Positions 12,886-25,489 of a stretch of DNA of 64,000 nt are shown here, one piece after another. Source of the stretch: Octopus sinensis (lineage: Eukaryota). The notes beneath the pieces were generated by a model. That model ran no database searches, was not told where the DNA came from, and was given only the letters and a program-made list of their open reading frames with translations. The stretch's first letter is position 1, and each line of letters opens with the position of its first letter. The stretch is from NCBI RefSeq assembly GCF_006345805.1, contig NW_021835984.1, forward strand, positions 12,076 to 76,075. The letters run 5' to 3'. The translations under genes and the position numbers were made by a program.

Positions 12886-12976
12886 AGGGAGAGTTTACGA
12901 AAAAAACAAAAGACGAAGACAGGTGGTGTACAAAACAAACAGATGTATTAGTATAACGCTCAGGAATAGAAAAAGG

Positions 12977-13012
12977 CTTTTACGTTTCGAGCCTACGCTC
13001 TTCTACAGAAAG
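12977..13012 (-). ncRNA. Minimal hammerhead-like motif with an A6U core change, inside a ~190-bp repeat (12886-13075)
   Basis: Minus strand: CTTT-CTGTAGA-A-GAGC-gtag-GCTC-GAA-ACGT-A-AAAG. All three stems pair and stem III is palindromic. Confidence 0.6.
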
Positions 13013-14253
13013 GGACACAGAAAAAAACAAGGAGAGAAAAAATGTGTGTAGTGGCTAACGATCTATCATGGCGAACGTATGTATGTATGTATGTATGTAT
13101 GTATGTATGTATGTATGTATGTATGTATGTACGTGTGTCTGTGTTCAACTTTCTATCTATATGTATATATGTTTGTGTGTGTAAGGACCGTGTAATGTGA
13201 GGCAACGAGAAAGTATCATTAGGACATCACACAGCCCTCACAGTAAATATAAAGATTTGAATGGTACATATAAGTGCCAGAGAGAACAAGGAGACACAAC
13301 TGCGTAGAATGATTAAGAGAAGATTTATTGATATGTAAACATGAGTGTCTGTGTGTACATCATGTATGCAGAATAATAGACAGGCCGTCATGGGAACAAA
13401 TGTATGTGTGCGTGTAAGCAGAGATGTATGCGCGTGTTAAGAACATATAAGAATGGCAATGAAAAAGGAGACAGTGAAAGAGTCTATAGCCATCAAAGTG
13501 AGAAGTAAGTTCATGTACACAAGAAAGAGAATACCAGTTCGTAGTCAAAGGTTCACGGCAGTTGAAATACTGTATCAAGAAGTAGCGGCCATAATGCTGA
13601 GCCGGTTACAGGTACATGTCGTACGTGAAGCCATCGCTGTAATTTTGCTGCCTAGATCATTTGATACAGAAGTTCATGCAGGTTGCATATTCGCTGTTGA
13701 CTCGTGGTGAAGTAATTCACGAATAGTGAAGTGTTGGAACCTGAGTGAAATGCTTGCTGAGCTGTGTATGTAGAGAGATGATGTTGACGACGTTAAGGAC
13801 AAGAAAGTGGCAACGAAGACAGAGGTTGCCGTAATGCTGTTGGACGAAGTTAGTAAGTCTCAACGTGGCTGCCGTGGTAGATGTGTTGTCTGGAGCAGTC
13901 CCTGGAACTGGCTGTGTCGTGTGTGGTCAGTGGCTAAACCTTAAAAGGCCTGGAGCCGAAAGGCTTCGAAAAGAGAAAGTGAGTTTATATAAGGGGTTGT
14001 AGGCTCAAAAACTGGGTTGAGAACAGGCTGTCTCACGTGATTGTATTTAGAGCCTCCTATTGGTTATACGCGGTAAATTGGCGCGACAGAATAAGAGACA
14101 AATTGCACTAATACCAACCAATCAGAGTAGTGGACACAACGAGATCCAAATAGCGGCCAAAGGCTAGCTGTTACCGGCTACGTTCGAATATATGTATATT
14201 TAATAAAGGGAGAGAGGAATTTCAGTGTCTATACCACAGATATACGCTACATG

Positions 14254-14284
<31 letters not shown>

Positions 14285-14321
14285 ATTCAACTTTGTCTGT
14301 GTGTCTGTATGTATGTATAAA

Positions 14322-14410
14322 CGAGGCGGGATTGAAAAGTTCCTGAGTTTAATGGTATCACGAAAGGCCTGGTTGGAGGCTCAACCTTCCGAGTTATTTT
14401 ACAGGGTTTG
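14322..14410 (+). mobile_element. Mariner-like terminal fragment
   Basis: acgaggcgggattgaaaagttcctg resembles mariner TIRs of the tacgaggg...aaaagt type; only one end is present. Confidence 0.4.
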
Positions 14411-14514
14411 GAACGAATCGACCCCAGGGAACGCCGGTCCATACACACACACATGCGCACACGCACGCACACACACATACATACATACATACATACATAC
14501 ATACATACATACAT

Positions 14515-14570
<56 letters not shown>

Positions 14571-14654
14571 GAAACTTAGCCAGAAATTTCGCAAAATATT
14601 CGTCGTCTGATTAGTAACATGCTTAATAGGGTCCTTGCATTTACTTCTGTCATG

Positions 14655-14686
<32 letters not shown>

Positions 14687-14690
<4 letters not shown>

Positions 14691-15795
14691 CATGACAGAC
14701 GTAAATGCAAGGACCCTATTAAGCATGTTACTAATCAGACGACGAATATTTTGCGAAATTTCTTGCTAAGTTTCATGCAATAGTCTCAAAAAATCTGGCG
14801 CTTTGAAGATTCTTTCTTGTTCTTTTTATGAAGTGTCTGTCCATTATGTCTCAGAGGTGTTCAATAGGTTTCATATCTGGTGACTGTCTTGGCCATGGAA
14901 CGTTTTTAATGCCGTTCTTATCCAACAAATCTAGGATCATTTTAGCCATATGACAAGGAACCCCATCTTCCATAAATAGTCTTCTTTAATCATTTCAACA
15001 CTGGAGAAAATTGGAAGGACTCCTTTCTGCAATATTGACACATATTTATCTGAGTTTATGTTTCCCTCACACTCCACCAGCTCTGATCAACCATTGTTCC
15101 AAATTGCTCCCCAGACCATCATAGAATAGCTGCTGGATTTCATTGTTGGCTGCATTCTTTTCACATCAAATTCTTGATCAAAGTGTCTCCAGACCCACAC
15201 TCGACCACTGTCAGGAAATACAGCAAATCTGAACTCATCAGAGAATATACCAGTGTCCCAAAATGCTAGTGGTCTCTCCAGCATCTCACTGGCCCAATCT
15301 TTTCTCCGCTTGATGTTGGCTGATCGAAGAAGTAGTTTCCTTCTTGCTGCTCTGCCATAGTAACCAAGTTTGTAGAGATACATGGCAACTGTTCTGGAAC
15401 TGACATCAAATTGTTCTGCTATGTCAGAGACCTTGCAACGAGTATTATTCTCCACACATCTCTTAAAAGAGGAGAAGAGTCCTGTCAGAGGACCCTGGTT
15501 GATCTAGGCGAGGTGATGCGAACTCCTTCTCCTCTCTAGTGAATCGCACAATCACTATTAACTGTAGAAAGCGATTTTATGCTATATCCACCTTCAGAAG
15601 GACCCACAATACGGCCTCTTTGAAATTCAGACAGTTCCAAGGCTTCTTTTGTACAGGGAATGATTAAACAGTCAAATATAAAACCTGAAATATAAAAACG
15701 TCAATTAATAAAAAATATAAACCTTTACAAGTTAGAATAAACAAAAAACGATGTTTTATGGGGTGTCTATTTATTTCTGCGTATTTGTCTGTGTA
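14687..15795 (-). mobile_element. Degraded Tc1-family DNA transposon
   Basis: The ORF at 15087-15455 has GYYGRAARRKLLL, IFSDEFRF and MVWGAIW. Downstream frames give FMEDG...H...WPRQSPDMKPIEHL (DDE motifs), and a TA-flanked terminus lies near 15793. Confidence 0.9.
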
Positions 15796-16109
15796 TATCG
15801 ATATGTCTGTGTATATCGATATGTCTGTGTATATATACATGTCTGTGTATATACACGATAGGCTTCTTTTAGTTTCCGTCTACCAAATCCACTCACAAGG
15901 CTTTGGTCTGCCCGAGGCTACAGTAGGAGACACTTATCCATGATACCATGCAGTGGGACTGAACCTTGAACTATGAGGTTGCAAAAAACAAGCTTCTTAC
16001 CACACAGCCACGCCTGCTCCTATAATAAGGAGATATATAAAAGGAAGCACTGAATTTATATCAAGTTTTCTCCAATATTAGAACTTTCGAATCCATACTT
16101 AACACCACC

Positions 16110-16230
16110 TTAATCCTTTAGCACTTAAACTAGCCATATCCGCCCAAAATATTTTACTCGATTTATGTTCAACCCGGCCAGATCCGGCTTCTCTCACTTA
16201 CCTTACAATGTCATTCAAAAGATAAACAGT
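16110..16230 (+). mobile_element. 5' half of a piggyBac-like MITE
   Basis: Starts ttaatcctttagca, resembling TTAA-CCCTTT piggyBac termini; no partner end was found. Confidence 0.35.
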
Positions 16231-16606
16231 TTTGAAATGAGTTTTAAAAAATATAACCTACAAAGTTAATAAGCTAGGGAGTAGGAGGAGGGGGTCATAG
16301 AGAGAGAGAGAGAGTATGAAACCGAAAAGTATATATTTCTTTACTACCCACAAGGGGCTAAACACAGAGGGGACAAACAAGGACAGACAAACGGATTAAG
16401 TCGATTACAGATGTCGACAATCAGCTAAAACTTTTGAAATAACAAATGAGTGAGCTGAGTAATTAATTAAAGTAATAATTAGTGGAAACATTAAAAAATA
16501 CCAAATATGTAGGACGCAAGTAATTGTTGTGAAAAATTAACTTTATAAAGCTACTTTTAACCAAAATTTGTTACTTCATAAAGTTTATTATTCATGTAAT
16601 TATATA

Positions 16607-16870
16607 ATGTAATAATAAATGCGCCCTTTTAAAGCCTAGCCAGGCTCATGGGTCCGGTTTCCCGGTTTCAATGGCGTATGTGTGCCCCAGCTGGACGGGA
16701 TGCCAGTCCATCGCAGCGTTACTCATTTTTGCCAGCTGAGTGGACTGGAGCAACGTGAAATGAAGTGTTTTGCTCAAGAACACAACGCGTCGCCCGGTCC
16801 AGGAATCGAAACCACAATCTTACGATCGATCATGATGCTGACACCCTAACCACTAAACCACGCGCCTCCA
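16607..16870 (-). mobile_element. tRNA-type SINE, family B, with a 14-bp target-site duplication
   Basis: Minus-strand head ggaggcgcgtggtttagtggttagggtgtc...ggtttcgattcc (A and B boxes); catgtaattatata duplicated at 16593-16606 and 16871-16884. Confidence 0.9.
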
Positions 16871-16936
16871 CATGTAATTATATAGGTTTATCAAAATATT
16901 TATCTTGGCATTACACCAAAAGTATCGTGTAATTAA

Positions 16937-17101
16937 CTAAAGGCGTCCATTCCGAAAATACTCTAACAGCATTTTAATTCAAATTCTGGTCAGCTGCATC
17001 ATATTCCCACAATGTCTTACAATGGTCAGAAATGTGTCTTGTCTTCCATCATAAGTAAGGTACGGTGGCTTCTAGAGCATTATTTGAATGGACGCCTTCA
17101 G
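16937..17101. mobile_element. 165-bp MITE with 16-bp TIRs and TTAA flanks (piggyBac/Kolobok-like target)
   Basis: TIRs ctaaaggcgtccattc / gaatggacgccttcag match at 15 of 16 positions; TTAA on both sides. Confidence 0.75.
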
Positions 17102-17125
17102 TTAATGACGCTATACACTGGAAAT

Positions 17126-17512
17126 GGAGGCGCAATGGCCCAGTGGTTAGGGCAGCGGACTCGCGGTCATAGGATCGTGGTTTCGATTCCCAGACCGGGC
17201 GTTGTGAGTGTTTATTGAGCGAAAACACCTAAAATCCCCACGAGGCTCCGGCAGGGGGTGGTGGTGATCCCTGCTGTACTCTTTCATCACAACTTTCTCT
17301 CACTCTTACTTCCTGTTTCTGTTGTACCTGTATTTCAAGGGGCCGGCCTTGTCACTCTCTGTGTCACGCTGAATATCCCCGAGAACTACGTTAAGGATAC
17401 ACGTGTCTGTGGAGTGCTCAGCCACTTACACGTTAATTTCACGAGCAGGCTGTTCCGTTGATTCGGATCAACCGGAACCCTCGTCGTCGTAACCGACGGA
17501 GTGCTTCCATCC
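17126..17512 (+). mobile_element. Full-length tRNA-type SINE, family C, with an 11-bp target-site duplication
   Basis: A box tggcccagtggt, B box ggtttcgattcc; acactggaaat duplicated at 17115-17125 and 17513-17523. Confidence 0.93.
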
Positions 17513-17830
17513 ACACTGGAAATAAATATTTAATTAATTAATAACAACTATATGAAGTAACAGATTTAGGTTAATATTAGTCAATAAAGTTTAGCACGTC
17601 AGGCGAAATGCTTAGCGGCATTTTGTCCGTTTTTGTATTTTGAATTCAAATTCCGCCAAGGTCGACTTACCTTTTTGGAGTACCTTTTGGCCAGGATTAC
17701 CGGGTGGCCGGAACTGTTGGTTGCCGTATTTTTAACTGTCTTTCTTCTTTCTTTTTCTCTTCTTCGTCTTTCATCGAACTGGTTTTTTACTTTGTTTGGA
17801 CTTTTGTTTTTTTCTGAACTTTTTCAAAGC

Positions 17831-19049
17831 ATGACGAAGAAAATGAACACTGCGTTGAAGTGGGAAATTATCCCACCCAAGCAATGGTTGAAAAACTTAG
17901 AGAAAAGAACGGTAGTGTTGAGGACTTATTCTAAGTCACTCGACACCATCGCGGTCTTTCCTATGACAGAAATCGAAAAAGAGTTGGCAGAATATCTGCC
18001 AACTATTAAGATTATTTCCAGGGATGTTAGATATGCAACGGTGTGGTTGCTATTTGACACCCCTGAGGTTGCTCGCAAATTTGCGAGCCAGCCCTTAGAA
18101 GAGCAAAAGATTCTGTTTCTTCCCACATATTGTGGGAAGAAATTAACAAGAGCGTGGGTCTGTGGGATGCCACCGGGCATTGAACCGGAATGGATAGAGG
18201 ACACTATCCATCGGGGTCGGGGTCTGGGTGGCAGCGGGCCCAAGCTTTTAAATGCGAAATTATTGCCGCGGTTGATTGGGTGGGGTCAAAAGCGGTTTTG
18301 ACCCTATGGACCCAATCAGCCGCTAAAGATCTGGTATTTCCAGATTTTCTTAAAATGACCGGTTGCAGGTACCCAGTGATACTTGAGGGACGCCCCCCAC
18401 CAGTGTCACCTGTGCCTGGAATCGGGCCATATTAAGAAGAACTGTCCCCAGAACCGAAGTAGGGTCCTGGAGCAGTTAATATAAGTAGCACCCCCTCCTT
18501 CTTTGGAGGGAGAGATGGAGGCAGTCGAGGAGGTGGAGGCCTCCTCGAAAAAAGGAAGAAGGTGGGCAACAATGGTTGCCCACCGAAGGACCCCAAAGCT
18601 GCGGGAGGGAGGGAAGATCCTCCGGATAAAGCGGAGGAACTGCACCCACCCGTTGCACAATGGAGAAAAGAAAAGAGGACGAAGAATGGGACATGGCGGC
18701 GGTTAATAGTACACTGCCGGCATGTCCTGAAACCTCGTTGGTGGGAATTGTGCCACCGACGGAGGAAACTGAGGCCCCTCCCATTATGATGAAGGATGAT
18801 TTTGTGATCTTCTTCCATAAGGGAGGGGCAGTACATAATTTTCTGAAGAAGCTAGTGGGGCGGAAGGAAGTGGTCCTGTCCTGGACTGAAGACCCGATTT
18901 TACCTCCGCAGGTAACTGCAGAGGTCATAATGGAAGATGATATGTTCAGATTGATGGACTCCTTTCCCAAGGAACAATATAGGAGCCCCGACTTGGAACT
19001 GCAGGGTTGCCTGCGGGAGGCATATAGCCTGGTCGGGGAAGAAAGATAA
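17831..19049 (+). pseudogene. Frameshifted L1/Tx1-like ORF1 (gag-like, CCHC zinc knuckle) with no ORF2 after it
   Basis: Joining the frames gives ...RAWVCGMPPGIEPEWI...FPDFLKMTGCRYPVILEGRPP-QCHLCLESGHIKKNCP (Cx2Cx4Hx4C at 18404-18445) and an acidic C-terminus ending at TAA 19049. No APE or RT sequence follows. Confidence 0.75.
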
Positions 19050-19334
19050 GAGGCCTTAGTGCCCCAATTTGAATTTGTATTGTTTGTATTTTTTTTTGTC
19101 AGAGGCTCAGCGCCTCAATTTATAAGGACGATTGAACTGAGGTAAGAGGTTCAATACCTCATTTTAATTTGTCGCAAAAACAAAAAAGGGAACAATGTTT
19201 CCGAGAATTCAAAAATCGGGGGGCGTTGTTTGCTTCTCCCACCAACCCTATTTTTCATTCCATTAATCATTGTGTCTTTGTCCAACCCACAGCTACATCT
19301 TTGTAAGGCTGTATAGTCAATTTTATGAAATAGA

Positions 19335-19733
19335 GATGCTTACTTCCCAATCACTTGGTTCCGAGTTCAGTCCCACTGCGTGGCACCTTGGGCAAGTGTC
19401 TTCTACTGTAGCCTCGGGCCGACCAAATGCCTTGTGAGTGGATTTGGTAGACGGAACTGGTTTACTCTCTCCGTATATATATATAATATATATATATATA
19501 TATAATATATATATATATATGCATATATATATATATATGTGTGCGTGTGTGTGTGTGTGGGTCTGTGTGTGTATGTTTGTGTGTCTGTATTTGTCCCCCC
19601 ACATCGCTTGACAACCGATGCTGGTGTGTTTACGTCCTCGTACTTTGCGGTTCGGCAAAAGAGACCGATAGAATAAGTACTGGGGTCGATTTGTCTGGCG
19701 GTGCTGTAGCATGGCCGCAGTCAAGTGGCTCAA

Positions 19734-19735
<2 letters not shown>
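19335..19735 (+). mobile_element. Family A SINE with an expanded internal (TA)n
   Basis: Contains ggttccgagttcagtcccactgcgtggcacc and the tail ggcggtgctgtagcatggccgcagtc. Confidence 0.85.
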
Positions 19736-19815
<80 letters not shown>

Positions 19816-20336
19816 AAAAAAATATATATAAAAAATACAAAATGGGACAAGAACGCAAAACACTCAAATAGACAACACAAAAACGGACGGGTCATTCGAA
19901 GCCTCTAATCTTCAGTCAAGAACCGGATCATCCTTGCAATTTCGGCTGATTAGAGAGGGAGAGAGAGAGAGAGAGAGAGAGGAGTAACAGAGAGACAGAG
20001 AGAGAGAAAGACAGGGTGAAAGAGGGAGCGTGTGTGTGTGTGTGTGGTCACAAGACATACAAGTGGAATGTAAACAATATACGTACAAGAAAACCATCCT
20101 AGTTCTTGATGTTGACGTTGTTCTGGTTATCAAAATTTCTCATAACAGAAAATAAGGGGTCAAGAGATAGATAAAGAATGGTTATCTCTTCAGACAGTCA
20201 GACCACTCCAGACACTCTCTTGTTTTCTTTTGTTTTTTCCTCTTTATTTCCGATAAGCAACACAAGTGGCATATATCTCCATTTTGCACAACATCAAGTG
20301 CTACGTAAGATCCGGGGATGATAAGACCCATATGCT

Positions 20337-20397
<61 letters not shown>

Positions 20398-20404
20398 GGA
20401 GAAA

Positions 20405-20586
<182 letters not shown>

Positions 20587-20597
20587 TACAAATATAT

Positions 20598-21350
20598 ATA
20601 TATTTCCAACCCAGCTCTTGAATAGCATTTCCCATCAAAATAGCGATTGTTTGCGGTGAGAGAGAATTATTGTGTTGAAGAAGCACGCTGTGTCGCTGGT
20701 CAGGTCGTTTCAGTTTCATTGCATAGTTGAGCCGGTGCATTTGCTGAACGTAAAGCTCTGCATTGATCGTGTGGTTGCTTTCAAGCATTTCGCAGTGAAT
20801 TAGCTCTTCCCAGTCCCACAAAAAACAAATCATTGCCTTGCGTGGATGCAACTCTGACATAGCTCGAGGTGTTGCTTGCTAGTCAGGACTCAGCCATTCT
20901 TTTCTCAGACTTATATAGACGTAACGACCCCAGTTTTTTTCGTCGGTAATGATGCAATAAAGACATCAGTGTTTGTGCTCACAAATAGCCTCGCACCAAA
21001 CGAGCAAGGTGCTGGCGGATGACGAGTACAAGAATTTACCTCTTTCGTTTAGAGTGTGTGGGACCCATTTTGGGGGTGTTACCCTTCAAATGAAGGCGAC
21101 GAGTGACAAAATCATACGTACATTCCATCTGCTGGGCCAATTCCTCAGTGGATAGGCACAATTCCTCGTAGATGAACTCGTTTAATCGATACTCGTTAAA
21201 CTGAACTGATCGGTCCGAACTCGGAATGTCTGTGAGGTCGAATTTCTTCTCCTTGAAGCATGAAAGCCATTTTTGTGCAGTTCTTTTGGTAACAGCGCCT
21301 TCTCCGTACTCAGCACAAATGTCTTGAGCAGTGACGACAGCTTTGGAACT
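20598..21350 (-). mobile_element. Degraded mariner transposase fragment
   Basis: Minus-strand frames give RTAQKWLSCFKEKKFDLTD, KWVPHTL (WVPHEL motif), IITDEK, LHPRKAMICFLWD and VLLQHNN...ELGW. Confidence 0.85.
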
Positions 21351-21399
21351 TTGACCGAAAACGAAAAGAAGCAGAGATTACATCAACCCCCGTGCTCTA

Positions 21400-22630
21400 T
21401 TGGTACTTGTTTTATCGATGCCAAATTGATGAAAGGCAAAGTTGACCACAGCGGAATTTGAAATCCCAAAGTAAAGAGCCTTGAGTAACACCGCTTAACA
21501 TGCTGTCCGATGTGCTAACAAATTAGTGCCTTTACATAATAGTAATTATTCTTTCTACTGAAGGCGCAGACCTGAAATTTTGTGGGAGAGGGCTAGCTGA
21601 TTACATCAACCCGAATGCTTAATTAGATCTTATATTGTCGACCCCGAAAGGATGAAAGGCAAAGTCGACCTCAGCGGCATTCGAACTGAGAATGTAAAGA
21701 CGGACGAAATGAAGCTTAGCATTTTGTCCGGCGTGCTAACTTTTTTGTCAACTCATTTCCTTTATTTAATTTCGTGAATAACCCTTTGTATTAAAGGTAT
21801 AAGGTCTGAAATTTTGGTGTCGATTCCATCGACCCCAGTGTACATGTGCACGTGATAATGTTGACAAAAAACCAGTACTTTTAGGGTCGAAGTTAGTCGA
21901 TTACATCGACCCAAGTACTCAACTGGTTCTTTATTTTATCGAACCTGAAAGAGATGAAAGACAAAGTCGACCACGACGACATTTGATCTCAGCACAAGAA
22001 GCCGAAAGAAATACCGCTAAGTATTTCGTCCGACGTGCCTAGGATTCTACTATCCCACCGCTGTCTTTCGTGAATAAGCCTTTCTATAAGGCCTGAAATT
22101 TTGGTGAGAGGGGGCTAGTGGATTACATCGACCCCAGTACTTGACTGGTACTTATTTCATTGATCCCAAAGGGCGAAAGGCAAAGTCGCCCTCCACAGTA
22201 TTTGAACTCAGAACGTACAGAAATGCCGATCAACACTTTGTCCGGCGTGCTAACTGTTCTGCCATCTCACCGCCATACTTTCATAAGGCCTGAAATTTAG
22301 GAGAGGAGGAAAGTCAATTACATCAATCCCCAGTATTCAACTGGTACTTAATTTATCGACCCCGAAAGGATGAAAGGCAAAGTCGACCTCGACGGAATTT
22401 GAAATCAGAACGTAACGGCAGACGAAATACCTATTTCTTTACTTCCCACAGAGGGGACAAACAAGGACAGACACACGGATTAAGTCGATTACATCGACCC
22501 CAGTGCGTAACTGGTACTTAATTTATCGACCCCGAAAAGATGAAAGACAAACTCGACCTCGGCGGATTTTGAACTCAGAACGTGACGGCTGGCGAAATAC
22601 CGCTAAGCATTTCGTCCAGTATGCTAACAT
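21400..22630. mobile_element. Cluster of nested, degraded family D SINE fragments in both orientations
   Basis: Repeated atcgaccccgaaaggatgaaaggcaaagtcgacctcggcggaatttgaactcagaacg motifs. Confidence 0.8.
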
Positions 22631-23263
22631 TTCTGGTAGCTCAACACCTTGATACTTTCATAAAAAAATTTTTTTAATGTTAGATTTCGGGACAGGCTTT
22701 TTCTATCTTTTTTTTTTCCCAAATACCCGCACTTTATATTCGTTCTTCACATCAGCTTTATTAACGTTCTTACTTTACTGTCAATAAGAACAGAAATAAA
22801 ACAGAAGTGAAGAACGAATAAACAGTGCGTGTATTTATTTGGCTGAAAAAAAATGACCGTACCGAAATATAACCATTAATATCTTTTTCAACCAACAATT
22901 TCATATCAGGAATCTTCCAAAACGAATATATAAACTTAAAAACAATTTTTAAAAGTATATTTTAGGGATAAGACATCGTAGACATAATGGAAAACTTAAG
23001 TAGCTTAGATATCGATTATTTCTGTTCTTTAAATTCGTTTATTGACTTTGATCTTTTAGTCCTTTTCTTGTGTCAGTCATCCAGTCATTAGAAAGCGGTC
23101 ATGCTGGGGCACTTCCTTAAAGAATTTTAGTCGATCCCAGCACTTTTTTAACTTTGCACTTATTCTGTCGCACTCTTTTGCTGAAGTGCTAGGTCACGGA
23201 GACGTAAACACATCAACACCGGTTATCAACCGGCGGTGAAGGACACAGACACAAACATATACG

Positions 23264-23299
<36 letters not shown>

Positions 23300-23317
<18 letters not shown>

Positions 23318-23806
23318 TCTAGTTGTGTGAGTGTCTGTCCCCTTCGATTTAGATTCCTAACTCCTCCCACATTTGCGCGTTTGCAGTTTAACCAAATTCG
23401 GGTATCTTATAGTCGTGATTCATATCGAGCCCGTCTGACTATTAGCGCGCGTCAACGATGAGTCTACGATTTAAAAATAATTAACATCATTTTTTATTCC
23501 ATTTTAATGCATAAAATGCATCGTGTGTCGATGGCGGCGGAGTTGGCGTCCACGCTCACAGCTGCGCCTGTTTGCTTCTCCCCCTTCCCTCCCTCGTGAG
23601 CTGTGGGGAAGGGAGTGTAAAGAAATCAACGTCGTAATGCGTTGTGAAGGAAACCAGCGTTCTTTTAGAACAACGACTTCATGGCTTGAAGACACCAAAA
23701 CAAAAATGGCTAAGAAAGCCCGAATTTATAAGGGAAGTAACTCTCTAAAAATGCTTATATAGTTATTTCCCTTACAAACCCGAGCAACGCCGGGCGATAC
23801 TGCTAG
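23300..23806 (+). mobile_element. Helitron family H1 copy with an extra ~200-bp internal segment (~23520-23720)
   Basis: Same body and 3' hairpin/CTAG|T end as 11716-12116; the 5' end is buried in (TA)n. Confidence 0.82.
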
Positions 23807-23820
23807 TATATATATATATA

Positions 23821-24245
23821 CAACTTATAACAAGGGCAAAAGAAAAATAATTCCAATGCCAAATATGCCGAAAATAGACTTAATCGTCAATAACCATGTA
23901 ATTTATCACTATAAGCACGCGTCTCGAAAGTAACCCGACAGAAATTTCTAAAAAAATCGGCCCCAATTTCTGTGTTAATTCATTTAAAATTTTCTCGTCA
24001 TCAGCGATAAATACGATAAGAAATATCGTTCTTATCGTATTTATCGCTGATGACGAGAAAATTCTAAATGAATTTACACAGAAATCGGGACCGATTCGAT
24101 AATAACGAATTTTCTTAGAAATTTCTGTCGGCTTACTTTCGAGACGCGTGCTTATAGTGGTAACTTATATGGTTATTGACTATTAAGTCTATTTTCGGCA
24201 TATTTGGCATTGGAATTTTTTTCTTTTGCCCTTGTTTATAAGTTG
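23821..24245. repeat. ~425-bp near-perfect palindrome with a 6-nt centre
   Basis: The arms are reverse complements with a few mismatches and one ~13-bp indel; the centre is atatcg at 24023-24028. Confidence 0.95.
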
Positions 24246-24326
24246 TTTATAAATTTAACCATTAAAGGTATTTTTTAATATGCTGGCCATTGATAAAAAA
24301 TTTTCGAAACTTTTATCGTATATTAA

Positions 24327-24414
<88 letters not shown>

Positions 24415-24415
24415 T

Positions 24416-24603
24416 ATATCATCTCTGAGCGAGACATAACGGTAGCAATACGGAATCGTAACAGATAATTGTCAACGAAATGTGGCGTCCTATACAGGAC
24501 AGTGCTACTGACGTTTATAGCCCCAGGAAAATACACCTGGTTGGCAATTATATGTTACGATTCCGTATTGCTACTGTTTATATCTCGCTCAGAGATTTGA
24601 TAT
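24416..24603. mobile_element. ~190-bp MITE-like element with ~47-bp TIRs
   Basis: atctctgagcgagacataacggtagcaatacggaatcgtaaca against tgttacgattccgtattgctactgtttatatctcgctcagagat. Confidence 0.7.
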
Positions 24604-24744
24604 CGAGTGAGAAGGTCGTCTAACGGATTGTGCCTGTATGTCAAATGTCTAACCTTGTTAAATTGTGTCACGCTGATTCCGTGCGTGAACTACACTTGTG
24701 TACACACGTCTGAGGAATGCTTGGTCACGTAAGCGCTGTGCGAA

Positions 24745-25050
24745 GGCGCGTGGCTTGATGGTTAGAGTATTCAGCTCGAGTGCGAAAGGTCCTGAGTTCG
24801 ATTCCTGGCGGCGTGTTGTGTCCTTGAGCCAGGCACTTTATTTCTCGTTGTTTCAGTTCACTCAACCGACAAAAATGATTTCAACCTATATTTGAAAGGG
24901 CCGACCTTGTCTTATTCTGTGTCTTCCTGAATCTCTCTGAAAACTACGTTAAACTATATCTGCGGAGTGCTCAGCCACATGGACGTTAATTTCACGAGCA
25001 AGTTGCTCCGTTGATCAGATCAACTGGAAACTTCGTCGTCGAAATTATCG
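24745..25050 (+). mobile_element. Diverged tRNA-type SINE related to family C
   Basis: Head ggcgcgtggcttgatggttagag...gagttcgattcc; the 3' part ttaatttcacgagca...gatcaactggaa is shared with 17126-17512. Confidence 0.75.
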
Positions 25051-25489
25051 ACATGCTTGTCACAAACGCGCTAATTCAGTGAATTGAACTCATGGTCGAA
25101 TATTCCGTCCGAGATCTCATTTCTTATTTTTAGACGCATTACACGTTTAAGAAGTTTTATCCGCAACTACGAGTTCCAAAGTTCGATTTCAGTACGTAAC
25201 AAACTGATCTATACTTTGTGAGTGAAACTGATGGAAACTGTACAGAAGTCCTTCGAGTGGATTATACCTGTGATTTAGAGGCTACGTCCTTATCACAAAT
25301 TGTGTCGCGCTGAATCTCCCATAATATTGTGTTATGAGTACAGCGCGCATGTTTGCTGGATGCTCAATCATTTATACGCTAATTCAAGAGGAGATAATTC
25401 AGTCGAATGAATAAATGAATCCACGTCTTCGAATGACGGATATTCACCTCTACTATACATACGTACATGCATACATACTGAGGCCAAAG

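Noticed and set aside
17126-17200. tRNA gene calls for SINE heads
   Set aside because: A and B boxes are present, but the heads run into SINE bodies flanked by target-site duplications and lack a complete acceptor stem.
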